NCBI GenBank assembly: GCA_949358305.1
Contig: OX442314.1
Location: 186,001-250,000 of the forward strand
Origin: Strigamia acuminata
Lineage: Eukaryota
Reading direction: 5' to 3'
Length of the DNA stretch: 64,000 nucleotides
In this document: in pieces, positions 10,385-23,200 of the stretch
Layout: the number at the start of each line of letters is the position of its first letter
How positions within the stretch are numbered: position 1 is the first letter of the stretch
Translations under genes and position numbers: made by a program
The notes under the pieces: model-generated
Databases searched by the model: none
The model's input: the letters and a program-made list of their open reading frames with translations, nothing else
What the model was told of the DNA's origin: nothing

Positions 10385-12899
10385 TGTTGGTCAAAAATAG
10401 CCCAAAGTGTGTCGATGTGATATAGGATCACATTTGATCTTTTGTTTATTAATTATCCAAGTGTATTTGTTGTGATAATTCAATTCTCGACTTCATTTAT
10501 GATTATTTATATATTTACCTCGTTTTGTGTACTTAAGCATGGAGTACCATGCATTCTCTAGTTTTTTTGTTTAAGTAACGCCTAATTCCGACACCAGGTG
10601 TCATCCTTGTACTTTTCACCATCCAAGATGGCCGCGCACACGGTTTGGTGCTTGTCTGTTTCTCTCCACCTGGAAAATGGACATTTATGTAAGATTTCCT
10701 TATGTTTTATTTATTTATTTATTTATTTATTTGATCGCACTCCAAAGGAGTAAAAAGAAATGAGACACAAGTATGATACAATGATACAATGATTATTGAA
10801 CCGATAATAAGTGACGATGTAGGCGCCGATGGAAATGGCGGCAATGAGACGCACACATAGCTGACGAACATTCAAGGGCAGAGGAACGAAGCTCGATGGG
10901 GAGATTGTTCCAAGACGAGAAACAACGAAATGGGTACGATTTCGACAAATATGCAGTGATATGCGTGGCAGGTTCAAACATGTGTCTACGAGTGGTGCGA
11001 ACGAAGGCCTCCGGGTGGTATTGGTTGGTGATGAAATGCGCGGGATGAGCAGGGTCGCGGAGAGCATCACACAATGATGACAAATCAAAGAGGAGCAGTA
11101 GGTTGACCAATGACAATATCTTATGTTTTCTGCAGTGCGGTGTGATGTGGTCGTACCTCGGGATTTTAAAGGCGAAACGAAGCACGAGGTTATATGCAGT
11201 AATGAGGGGAATTTTAAATCTATGAGGGGACGAATTCCAAATCGGGGAAGCATACGTGATTTTAGGATGAATTTTGGTTTTAATATATGTTGACAATTCA
11301 GGCTGGGACAAAACTCGACGAAGTTTGTTAACAATGAAGCCTGACCGGGAGAGGAATTTTGTAAGGAGAGATATGTGTGGGGCAAATGTCAAGTGGGGGT
11401 CTAAGGTAAGACCAAGAATGGAAACCGAGTCGGTGGGGTTGGAGGACCGAGCATTAGGAACTCGTTTGAAAGTGACAATATTGGTTTTAGAGGGGTTGAG
11501 GCACATATCATGAGACGTATACCAGTCAGTTAGAATGGAGATGTCGGCTGAAAAGAGGTCGGAGGAAACAATATTAAGGTTTGATGGAGTCGTGCGGGAT
11601 AGAAAATTGTCATCAACGAACGAACGAATGCTGGAAGTCAGTGGAAGATCCAGAACAGGATTGGAGACAATGTTGTACAGCAAAGGTCCGAGCACAGAGC
11701 CTTGGGTCACACCACGGGTAGAAGGAAAAACAGTCTTTTTGGGGTCGGAGGCAATTTGGCATGACCGGTTGGAGAGGTACGACGAAAACAGTGACAGCGG
11801 GATAGGACCAATGGAGAGCTTTTCCAACGAAGAGAGGGTATGGGAGTGAGACGGGGTATCAAAAGCCTTGGATACATCAGTTTTCGCGATGTGAACATGA
11901 CGATGGGAGTCACAGCCACGAACGATTTCGAAGTAAAGAGTAAAGATGAGCTTCAGGGCGCTCGAACCGGGACGGGAACCATACTGATTAGGGGAAGAAT
12001 TTTTGGTGATGGTAGGGCGGATTTGAAGGAGGATACAACGATCAGCTAATTTTGATAAGGGAGGGAGAGAAGAAATAGGGCGAAAGTTAGAGATGAGGGA
12101 TTTATCACCACCTTTGTAAAGAGGAGTGATGACGGACTGTTTCCAGGCAGTGGGGTAGGTGGATGAGTCAATGATAGTATTGAAAATGTTGGTGAGGGGA
12201 AGGAGAATCGATGGCAACAGGTGTTTGATAGCAATACCAGGAATGCCGTCAGCAGAGAACTTCGATGTGAGGTTAGTATTCAGGGCAGCAAAGGCAATGT
12301 CAGCTGGAGTTACATACTTAAAGGAATTAAATGACGGTAATAAACACGGGGTTGGAGAAAAGGAAGGTGGAAAGTTAGGGATGGTAGTGTTGAGAGGGTT
12401 GTCGAGGAACTTAGCATACAACTCATAGATATTAGGGGAGTCGGGAAGACATGTAGTGGACGTCCTAGGTTTAACAAGGCGCCAAAAATTTTTTGAAGCC
12501 ATGACTAGTTGACGTTTATTACGCCGTACCATAGCCTTGAAGTGGCGACAGGCAATTTTGTGATCCGTGATGCAACCAGACTTACGACGGAGGAAGAGCA
12601 TAGTTTTGGTTTTTTGAAGAGTAGAAAGTTCAGCAGTCCACCAAGGTTTAGGGCGTTTGCGAGATAGGGAGGACGGGGATGCGTGTTTCAATAACAATTT
12701 ACGAATTTGGGTGCAAAAGAAAGAAACTTTGAAGTCAATGTCAGTCGAAGCGGTAAGAGGCTGCCGGGGTGCCGTTCCAACGGCGAATCGTCCAAGGGCG
12801 AATCTGGCCATTCGGACGAAAGGCGAATTTTGACTTTATTCTGTCCAAAGCAGTCCCAATGGCAAATTTCTCCCAATTCGCCATTGGGACTGCTTTTGG

Positions 12900-13292
12900 A
12901 CCTTTCTAATGGCGAATTGGTAACCGATTCGCCATTGGAAACGCAGAAACGTTTCCAATGGCGAATATGTGCGTGTTGAAATTCGCCGTTGGAAACGCAA
13001 AAACGTGTCTAATGGCGAATAGGTGTAGATTGAAATTCGCCGTTGGAAACGCAAAAACGTTTTCAATGGCGAATACGTGTAGGTTGAAATTCGCCGTTGG
13101 AAACGCAAAAACGTTCCCAATGGCGAATACGTGTAGATTGAAATTCGCCGTTGGAAACGCAAAAACGTTTCCAATGGCGAATACGTGTAGGTTGAAATTC
13201 GCCGTTGGAAACGCAAAAACGTTTCCAATGGCGAATACGTGTAGGTTGAAATTTGCCATTGGAAAGGGTTTTGCGTTTCCAACGGCGAATTG
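12900..13292 (+). repeat. 54-bp hairpin-unit tandem array, left arm of the foldback element
   Basis: Unit AAATTCGCCGTTGGAAACGCAAAAACGTTTCCAATGGCGAATACGTGTAGGTTG. Confidence 0.92.
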
Positions 13293-16200
13293 AAATTGAA
13301 CGCGCCTAGTGTGTATTTAAAGTGCTTGTGAGTCTCGAGCGAACGATTTGGTTTGTTTAATTCAAAGTGACCTTTATTTGTAACTCTAACTGGACGGAAT
13401 TTCGTTGAAATTTAGCAAATTCCGATGAGATTTTGCAATTTTTGAAAATTTTGGTGATTTCCGATGAACTTTACCGATTTTCGATGAAATTTCGTGATTT
13501 TCATCGAAAACTATTCGGAAAACGCGAATTTTTATACAAATTCATTCAAAAATCACTAAATTTCATCGAAAACTATTTAAAGAATGCTGTTTTTTAAGTG
13601 TTTTAAATGTTTGTGAACTTGCAAGGTGAAGGATCACTAAAATAGGTGGGTTCATTGGATGAAAATGACCAATTTCAAGTGTATTTGGTTCATTTCTATG
13701 TCAAATTGTATATAAACTCAGGTGAAATCGATTGGTTAATATACACATGATGTTTTTATAGTTAAAACAGGACCACAAATATTGAAGTTATTGAGAAAAG
13801 TTTTGGACGGAATTTCGTTGAAATTTAGCAAATTCCGATGAGATTTTGCAATTTTTGAAAATTTTGGTGATTTCCGATGAACTTTACCGATTTTCAATAA
13901 AATTTCGTGATTTTTTCAAAGATTAAACGTTTTCATCATGTTTTTAAGAAAAGAACAAATAAACAAATCAATCAATCAATCAATATCAAACAACATCTAA
14001 CAACATTGATAAAATTAACGCTATATTGGAAGAGTTATTCTGATTTTGATCAATTGATTGATTGTGTTGTTATTAGGAGGGAAAAATAAGGCACGAGTAG
14101 CTGCATTCAAAAATTAAAATATTTTGTGGTTTACTTCAATTAAAAAAAAGTGACATCATCTCCAGTCCTATTTATTAAATTAAACTATATTAATAATTTA
14201 TTCATAACTGTAAGTATATATTTATTATAATTATTTAAAAAAATCAAAATTTAAACTTAAAATACACTTAAACTAAAATTGTATTTTTAGTTTTGAATGC
14301 AGCTACTGAATCTCATGTGCAGTATATTACTTTTTACTACAAAGGGGTGGCCAACAACGGCTTGGGGCATTTTCCACATGTCCACTAACGAGGTCACAAA
14401 AGCAAGGTTTGATTTAGCAACAAAAATTATATTTTAACTGATTGTTGATTTGTTTATTCATTTTTGTTGTTTTTTTCTTATTAATATTCCGAAAACATTT
14501 AACACTTCCAAGAAACAATTAAAACATTAATTATTCTTTTTTTTGAAAACTTATATTTTAAAGTCTAAAAATATATCTTTTTGTTTCATTTCTTCTGGTA
14601 GAAGTTACTGGTGCTATCCTCTTGGTTATCCCTCCCCACCCCAACCTAGGGTCAATTTTGACCTCCAAAAGTATTTTTATTTTTTTTTCTCAAAAACTAT
14701 TGGAATTTTTATTCTGAAATTTCATGTATTTTCATTTAACATCATAACAAACAATAAAAAAATTAATAGATTTAAAAATCGCAATAATGGAAGCAGAAAT
14801 GCAAACTAAAAAATGCTCTTTTCTATCTCGAAATGAGATTTGTCTCATTCGACTGGAAATCAAAATCTCCACCTGCCTGCGTATTTTACTTTTCGATTTG
14901 GTCAAGAAAAAGTACCATTACGATCCACCAAAGTCGGTGACCACATGGCAAATTTGGTGGGAAATTTGAAAAAGACTGATTTTTAAAACTCAACAATTTT
15001 AATGTTTAAATAAGATTTCCTAAGTGTAATTTGCTGCTGAAAACGATGGCGTCGTTAGTTTTTTAATTAAATGTAGTTAAAAGGGAGAAAACAGCAAATT
15101 ACGGCAAAATAATAAGTAAACCGGAGCTCCACCTGGCGGAAGCCGTGACCGAAACGTAATGTAATGTAATGAAAATGGACAACTGGGTGGAAAATTTTAA
15201 AAAAATATATTTTAAAAAACTAACCGAAATAAAAAATTTCTCTCATAGCTTTGAAATAGCCTTAAAAACGGTTATGTACCGGTTTTAAATGAATAACTTA
15301 CGTGATATTGTTTAAAACCACTGTTGAAATTCGAACCGAGCAGTAATTGTTCCGCCATTACGATTTTCCAAAGTTTATAGATACCGCCACTATGTGACAT
15401 TATTTTTACGTCATCAACGACAAACAAGAACAGAAATTCCAACACCGATTTGCGATTTCACCATGGTTTTTAGTGAAAATTACCCGAAAAATAGAAAATC
15501 ACAGCAAATAATCCAAAATACCAGCAACCAAAATTTAAAAAAAATTACCCGAAAAATAGAAAATCACAGCAAATAATCCAAAATACCAGCAACCAAAAAT
15601 TTAAAAAAAATTAAAAAAAAAAAATAGCTGAAAATTATCAAAATAACCTAAAGTAACACCAAATAACAACAAAAAATTACCGAAAATAACAGAAAATAAC
15701 AGAAAATCATCAAAAATTACCAAAAAAAATAGGAAAGAACAGCAAATAATAGAAAAAAAATTGACGGTTTTAGGATTTAGTGTATTATTTTGGCGGTGAT
15801 AAGTTGGCAGTAAACAAGTAAACATTTGTAATGCAGGGAAGCATTACATATTAGGTTTCTAAACCCCTTCTACACTTTTCTTTGATCATTTCGGTTATTT
15901 TTTTAAAATATTTTTTTTTAAAATTTTCCACCCAGTTGTCCATTTTCATTACATTACATTACGTTTCGGTCACGGCTTCCGCCAGGTGGCGCTCCGGTTT
16001 ACTTATTATTTTGCCGTAATTTGCTGTTTTCTCCCTTTTAACTAAATTTAATTAAAAAACTAACGACGCCATCGTTTTTAGCGCCAAATTACACTTAGGA
16101 AATCTTATTTAAACATTAAAATTGTTTAGTTTTAAAAATCAGTCTTTTTCAAATTTCCCACCAAATTTGCCATGTGGTCACCGACTTTGGTGGATCATAA

Positions 16201-17691
16201 TGGTACTTTTTCTTGACCAAATCGAAAACTAAAATACGCAGGCAGGTGGAGATTTTGATTTCCAGTCGAATGAGACTGGTTTAAAAATTTACAAATCTCA
16301 TTTCGAGATAGAAAAGAGCATTTTTTGGTTTGCATTTCTGCTTCCATTATTGCGATTTTTAAATCTATTAATTTTTTTATTGTTTGTTATGATGTTAAAT
16401 GAAAATACATGAAATTTCAGAATAAAAATTCCAATAGTTTTTGAGAAAAAAAAATAAAAACACTTTTGGAGGTCAAAATTGACCCTAGGTTGGGGTGGGG
16501 AGGGATAACCAATAGGATAGTGGAGTGTTCCGCTCATTTTTATTCCTCCACATCTGTGTATGAAGTAGTCACCCCCCTCTGGGTGACTTGACCCTCCTTG
16601 TTTTAAGAGAGTAATAAAAGACTCTAGTTGTTCTTAGTTGTTCCTCACCAACTCAATGGCTGCCATCTTTTGACATTTCAACAAATGCATATAACACATC
16701 ACAAAACCACCGAAGGGACACATTAGATAGCATCAGTAAGTTCTACCAGAAGAAATGAAACAAAAAGATATATTTTTAGACTTTAAAATATAAGTTTTCA
16801 AAAAAAAGAATAATTAATGTTTTAATTGTTTCTTGGAAGTGTTAAATGTTTTCGGAATATTAATAAGAAAAAAACAACAAAAATGAATAAACAAATCAAC
16901 AATCAGTTAAAATATAATTTTTGTTGCTAAATCAAACCTTGCTTCTGTGACCTCGTTAGTGGACATGTGGAAAATGCCCCAAGCCGTTGTTGGCCACCCC
17001 TTTGTAGTAAAAAGTGATATAAATAAAAACACACTGCACATGAGATTCAGTAGCTGCATTCAAAACTAAAAATACAATTTTAGTTTAAGTGTATTTTAAG
17101 TTTAAATTTTGATTTTTTTAAATAATTATAATAAATATATACTTACAGTTTTGAATAAATTATTAATATAGTTTAATTTAATAAATAGGACTGGAGATGA
17201 TGTCACTTTTTTTTTAATTGAAATAAACCACAAAATATTTTAATTTTTGAATGCAGCTACTCGTGCCTTATTTTTCCCTCCTAATAACAACACGATCAAT
17301 CAATTGATCAAAATCAGAATAACTCTTCCAATATGGCGTTAATTTTATCAATGTTGTTAGATAGAATAAAATGAAATGATTGGTTACAAGAATTGGCGGA
17401 ATTATTTTGATATTGATTGATTGATTGATTTGTTTATTTGTTCTTTTCTTAAAAACATGATGAAAATGTTTAATCTTTGAAAAAATCACGAAATTTCATC
17501 GAAAATCTGTAAGTTCATCGGAAATCACCAAAATTTACAAAAAAATTGCAAAATCTCATCGGAATTTGCTAAATTTCAACGAAATTCCGTCCAGTTAGAG
17601 TTACAAATAAAGATCACTTTGAATTAAACAAACCAAATCGTTCGCTCGAGACTCACAAGCACTTTAAATACACACTAGGCGCGTTCAATTT

Positions 17692-18340
17692 CAATTCGCC
17701 GTTAGAAACGCAAAACCCTTTCCAATGGCAAATTTCAACCTAAACATATTCGCCATTGGAAACGTTTTTGCGTTTCCAACGACGAATTTCAACCTACACG
17801 TATTCGCCATTGGGAACGTTTTTGCGTTTCCAACGGCGAATTTCAACCTACACGTATTCGCCATTGGAAACGATTTTGCGTTTCCAATGGCGAATTTCAA
17901 CCTACACGTATTCGCCATTGGGAACGTTTTTGCGTTTCCAACGGCGAATTTCAACCTACACGTATTCGCCATTGGAAACGTTTTTGCGTTTCCAACGGCG
18001 AATTTCAACCTACCGTACACGTATTCGCCATTGGGAACGTTTTTGCGTTTCCAACGGCGAATTTCAACCTACACGTATTCGCCATTGGAAACGTTTTTGC
18101 GTTTCCAACGGCGAATTTCAACCTACCGTACACGTATTCGCCATTGGGAACGTTTTTGCGTTTCCAACGGCGAATTTCAACCTACACGTATTCGCCATTG
18201 GAAACGTTTTTGCGTTTCCAACGGCGAATTTCAACCTACACGTATTCGCCATTGGAAACGTTTTTGCGTTTCCAACGGCGAATTTCAACCTACACGTATT
18301 CGCCATTGGAAACGTTTTTGCGTTTCCAATGGCGAATTTT
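17692..18340 (-). repeat. 54-bp hairpin-unit tandem array, right arm (inverted, more copies)
   Basis: Reverse complement of the 12900-13292 unit; two units carry a 4-bp CCGT insertion. Confidence 0.92.
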
Positions 18341-19291
18341 ATATTTCAAACAAATTTTCCACATTCGCCCTTGGAACAGGAAAATATGTTTCCAATGGCA
18401 AATAGCAGAAATGGCACTCAAAAAACGTTTCCAATGGCGAATTTTATTAAATTCGCCATTGGAAACGTCAAAATAGGTTTCCAACGGCGAATTTTAGAAA
18501 TTCGCCCTTACGCGATTCGCCGTTGGAACGGGTACCCAATCAATTAAAGACAATTGAGATCGAATTAACTCCCAGTTACATTTATTAAAAGCATACATGG
18601 GGGTACGGAGAGGTGGGGGAGGGGTGGGGGGTTTAGGAATGGACAATGATAGCAGGACGACTTTGTGGTCGAGCATATCAAGATCGAACAAGGTACACGA
18701 GGTCATGACTAAATGGTTGGAGATAAAAATTTGGTCAATTAAAGTGGCAGTAGTGTTGCAAACACGAGTGGGTTTGGAGATTGTGGGAGACAAGTCAGCA
18801 CTAGCCATGAATCTAACAACGTCGTCATTGGACAAATTAACAAGAAAGTTGTGGTTAAAGTCACCAGCAACGATAGTAGAAAGGTTTGGGGAAAAGTGTT
18901 CGGTGAAAATGTCAAAAATGTGAGAAAGCGGCCAAGAAGAAGTACGATACAGTATAATTATCTGGGTAACGAAGCTCGAAGAAGACAAGACACCGAACAG
19001 AAATTCGGCACCATCAGACTCAAATGAAATTTGGGAGGTAAAAGTGTAAAAGTCTCTAAAAAACAATTAGTAAAGTTTTATTATTTTAGAGTGTTTGTTT
19101 ACACTTTACAGCACCTTAAGTGCTATTGTCATTACATTCAGCGCATATAAGCGGCATTTGGCCGCGCGCTTTTGGTCCCGGCAATTTGTAGCATCGTCGC
19201 TACGTCCGTGTCAGCGACACGGCGCCCGCGCACGTTTCCACGCTTCGGTTTGCACCGAATTTTGCGCTGCTCTCCTCTGCTGCCCTTCAAT

Positions 19292-19309
19292 TGGTAGCAG
19301 AGGATGGTT
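19292..19309 (+). promoter_or_regulatory. Primer-binding site of Copia 1 complementary to the 3' end of initiator tRNA-Met
   Basis: TGGTAGCAGAGGATGGTT, 2 nt after the LTR end. Confidence 0.88.
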
Positions 19310-20216
19310 TAGCTATTCTTTTGCCACTAATTTTCGCCGAAAATTCAGCGAATTTTCGCGAATTTCGCGGCGAATTTTTCGTTTTAGGTTTACGTCGATT
19401 TCCGGCCCGATTTCCGTGAGAAGAACGTCGCCGCTACGTTACCGACGTTCCAGAGCAGTCTGTGCTGTTTTCCACGCGATCCTGCATTTAATTTCGACCA
19501 TAATTCCGCGGTCTCGCGAATTTTGAGTCGAATTTTTTATTTATTTTCAGTTTTTGTCGATTTGCGACACGACAACGCTAAAATAGCGTCTTTTCATCGA
19601 GAAACGAGACGATTCTCGCTGTGTCATACCCCGGCGTATGCACAGTATCGACGATCTGATTTATTACGACGAATTTTTGGCGTATTTTCGTGAAGAGCCT
19701 CATTTAATGAGAAGAATTTGGATTTTCGAATCCAAATTAGCGCTTTTAACGGGTTTTTCGAGAAAACCCGCTCGTGCCTTTATCACGAGCTCGCGTGACG
19801 TTACGCGAGAGATTCATCAACTTTTCTCCTTCCCTGTCGTGAAACTTTGTTATTTTAAGATATTATTTAAGGCTTTTGGTTGGTTCCCTATTAGAATCGG
19901 TGCAGCCCTTCGGACAAGTCTGTCCAAGCTGCATTTGTATTCTAGAGTGAGGCTGAGCCCTGCGCCACCTAGTATTCCCGCGATCCCAGGCGATCTCAAA
20001 GGACACTAGGGGGACACTCACTCTAGGTTATCAGCTGATTGTAGCATCGGCTTCCAATTTGTGGTTTTCCGCCTCGAAAGTGCTTGTGCTTCGGTTAGTG
20101 TTTGTGATCGTGACGTCGGATTGTGTAGTGCTACGAGTGTCTTCTACTACGCCCGTACCACTCTCTACGCCTTTGTGTTTTCGCGGTGTGCAAGGTCGAA
20201 GGATTTTCACGCCAGG

Positions 20217-23200
20217 ATGCAGAAATCCGGCTACGCGGAACCAACGGCTGGGAAATGTCCGATGCTAGGAATAAACAATTACGAACAATGGCGTCGTTCC
20301 ATGTGCATGCTCTTAAAGTCAGAAGGCCTTTGGAGACATGTCACCGAAGAAAAGGAGGCCGAATATTTATTGACATTAACCCCGAAAGAGACTGAGAAAT
20401 ATAAACTGAAGAAAGACAAGGCGTTGGGACACATTTATTGTTACGTGAGCGAAGCAAAACGCTCCACACTGGACAACGCCAATACCCCGAAAGAAGCTTG
20501 GGACATTTTGTCGAAAATCTTCGCTCCCAGTTCTCTGGCTCGTCAAGCAGCCATGAGATGGCAATTTCTGGGATTACACCTCGAGCCAAACGAGGATATG
20601 GTCGATTTCGTGAGTCGCGTTAATCTGCACGTACGCCAACTACGAGACATGGAAGAAGAAGTGTCGGAGAAGCATCACGCTTACCAATACTTACATCGTC
20701 TACCTCCGGAATATGCGCAAGCCACGTTTGCGATATACAATTGGCCCGTGGCAAATTTTACACCGGACAAAGTATCCGAACAGCTCATATCCGAATACCT
20801 TCGCCTCAAATCCGTAGGACTACATAACGTGTCGGCGTCAGCTCACGCGGCTAATCAAAATCCGCAACAATCTCGCCAAGGTTCTCGTCCGCGTCGTCCA
20901 TTATCGCAGGTCAAATGCTTTAACTGTGACGAAATGGGTCACTATGCGAATAAGTGCCCATATCCTAAACGCGACAACCGGAATCAACAACCGACAGCTT
21001 CTTTCCAACGCTCTCGCAGCAAGAGCAAGAAGCGTGGCAAGAACTCGGCTCCCAAACCCGAGGACAATCGCCCGAGAGGAAGTTCTCATCCGGTTCGCAA
21101 CGCAGTGTTTTTCGTGAACGCTCCGCCGATGATTGAACGTCCCGTTGCCCATCTGATGCAGTCACATGAATGGATAGTCGACTGCGGCGCCACTGACCAT
21201 GTTTCCCACGTACGGTCGTGGTTTTCTGATTTCTCAGACATCGTCCCTTTTGACATCGAGTTGGGACAAGGGAAATCACAAGTGACTGGCCGAGGAAATG
21301 TCCTATTGCAGACTCGTGTGGACAATTCTCACTGCAATGTGACATTAACGAATGTGCTTTATGCACCCAATTTCGAGGCAAATCTAATCTCCGTCTCGAG
21401 GATCGACAAGACTAGTCACCATATCCACACCTATAACGGGGAGATCAACATTTATAAATCGAACATTGCTGAAACAATTCTCAGAGCAAAGGAGAAGGGA
21501 GGATTGTATTACCTGGATGGGTTGTGTACAAATCCAACGGTTGCCACTACGTCTTCACAGATAATCCAACAACCGCCAGTACAGACATTTGTTACGACGG
21601 AAGTTGACTTCGTGAATATTCCAAAGGCGAAGAAGCAGAAGGCTATGCAACGAAACATCACGGATTTTAGGATTCAAATGCCGCCATTGCCTGCGACTGA
21701 GGTGCCAACGTCAATTTCGGTTGCCACTAATCCTTTACCCGTGCCACAATCCTTGCCCATCCACATCAACCCTCCAATCCAATCCTACGCCAACGCAATC
21801 CAGCACATTCCATCTAGTCCTCCACCTGTTACATTTCCTCTTCCTATCCAATCCGCTGGTAACCCTTCTCAATCACAAAAGAAGGTTATTCCAAATCCTG
21901 TTCAAACGCCAAAGAAAACCCTTGCCAATCCTGCCTCCGTAAAAGACGCAACTGGTTTGTGGCATAGTCGCCTAGGACATTTGCACACCAATGCGATGCG
22001 ATTGTTGGCGAACAACGACCAGGTATATGGACTCGAACCCGCGGAAGTATCACAGGAACTGGCGTGCAATGATTGCCGACTTGCAAAGTCCATAAGGGCT
22101 TCTCACAAGCCTGATCTGCATCCTTCAACTTCAAAGCCACTTGATCTCCTGCACATGGATGTCTGGGGGCCAAATCCGGTTCCTTCATTTGGTGGCGCAC
22201 GATTCGTTTTTACGGTTATTGATGACGCGACGCGATATACGTGGATCACCCCTTTAGCCCAGAAATCCCAAGTCTTCTCATGTTTTAAGGACTTCGTCGC
22301 CCGAGTCGAGTGTGTTGCAAACACACGCGTGAAAGCCATTCGATCTGATAGGGGCGGCGAATTCATGTCCAACGATTTTCTGCAATATCTAAAGGAGAGA
22401 GGGATCCAGGGTCAGCGGACTAACCCTTCGAGCCCTCAAATGAACGGCACAGCCGAAAGGATCAACCGAACGATGGCTGACCATCTCCGGGCTGTTCTTG
22501 AAGAAACCAAACTTCCTGCCGGTTTATGGGCCGAAATCGCTGTCAATTTCGCATACATCAAGAACCGCAGTCCACATTCTCGTTTGAACAATCAAGTCCC
22601 ATATATCCTTTGGCGCCAGCGTGCTCTTTCGTTACGTCATCTGAGGAAAGTTGGATCCAAGTGCTGGGTGCACTTTACTGCACCGGGACGCAAAAAGCTT
22701 GATCCCCGTGCTTGGGAAGGTTTCCTTGTGGGATACGCCACTGGCACACGTGGTTATCGAGTGTGGAACCCTATAGACAATAGCGTAACGGAATCAATCC
22801 ATGTACGCATTGATGAACATCAGTCATATCGGAAGTCGCTTAAAACGCGGAATGGTCATCGCCAAGAGACATTCACAGAACCCGAAGTTGGTCAACAACA
22901 ACAACAGAGAGTGTAGTTTGACGACACCGTTTATTTGGATTGGCCGAAAGTCGAATCTGATGATGATTCATCGAGTGACGATGATGACGATGATGATAAC
23001 GGGAATGGATCCGTTTCGAAATCGATATCGATTCCCTGTGTTCACCTTTCCCCGTTGAGAACGCCTGAACGTCAATTAATAGAGGCGTGTGCGCTGGCAT
23101 TACCAGATTCAGCGAGTATGGGACGATCAATATCGTATCCCATTCTTTATCAAGAGGAAGGCCAAGACACTGATGAAGATGTTGAACAGATCGGCGAAGA

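Larger units (their letters stand above)
12766..18537. mobile_element. 5.8-kb non-coding foldback (long inverted-repeat) element inserted into the LINE ORF
   Basis: Ends GGGGTGCCGTTCC / GGAACGGGTACCC; arms ~12766-15240 and ~15890-18537 are largely reverse complements; removing it restores LINE ...LIDWQPLTAS... Confidence 0.88.
10710..19066 (-). mobile_element. 5'-truncated non-LTR retrotransposon (APE-RT LINE, CR1/L2/Jockey-like group) with (TAAA)n tail
   Basis: Endonuclease motifs GDFN, PTR...LIDQIF, DHK (18538-19066); RT motifs NFRPISSL, QYGSR, DVSKAFD, GVTQGSVLGPLLY, FVDD (10793-12765); tail 10710-10732; TTA shared at both junctions. Confidence 0.9.
10385..19289 (+). repeat. 5' LTR of Copia 1, split (10385-10709 and 19067-19289) by an 8.4-kb insertion
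   Basis: The two pieces together match the 545-bp 3' LTR at 25450-25994. Confidence 0.93.

Noticed and set aside
12900..18340. CRISPR-like palindromic repeat arrays
   Set aside because: Intervening sequences are identical rather than unique spacers, there are no cas genes, and the context is a eukaryotic transposon arm.
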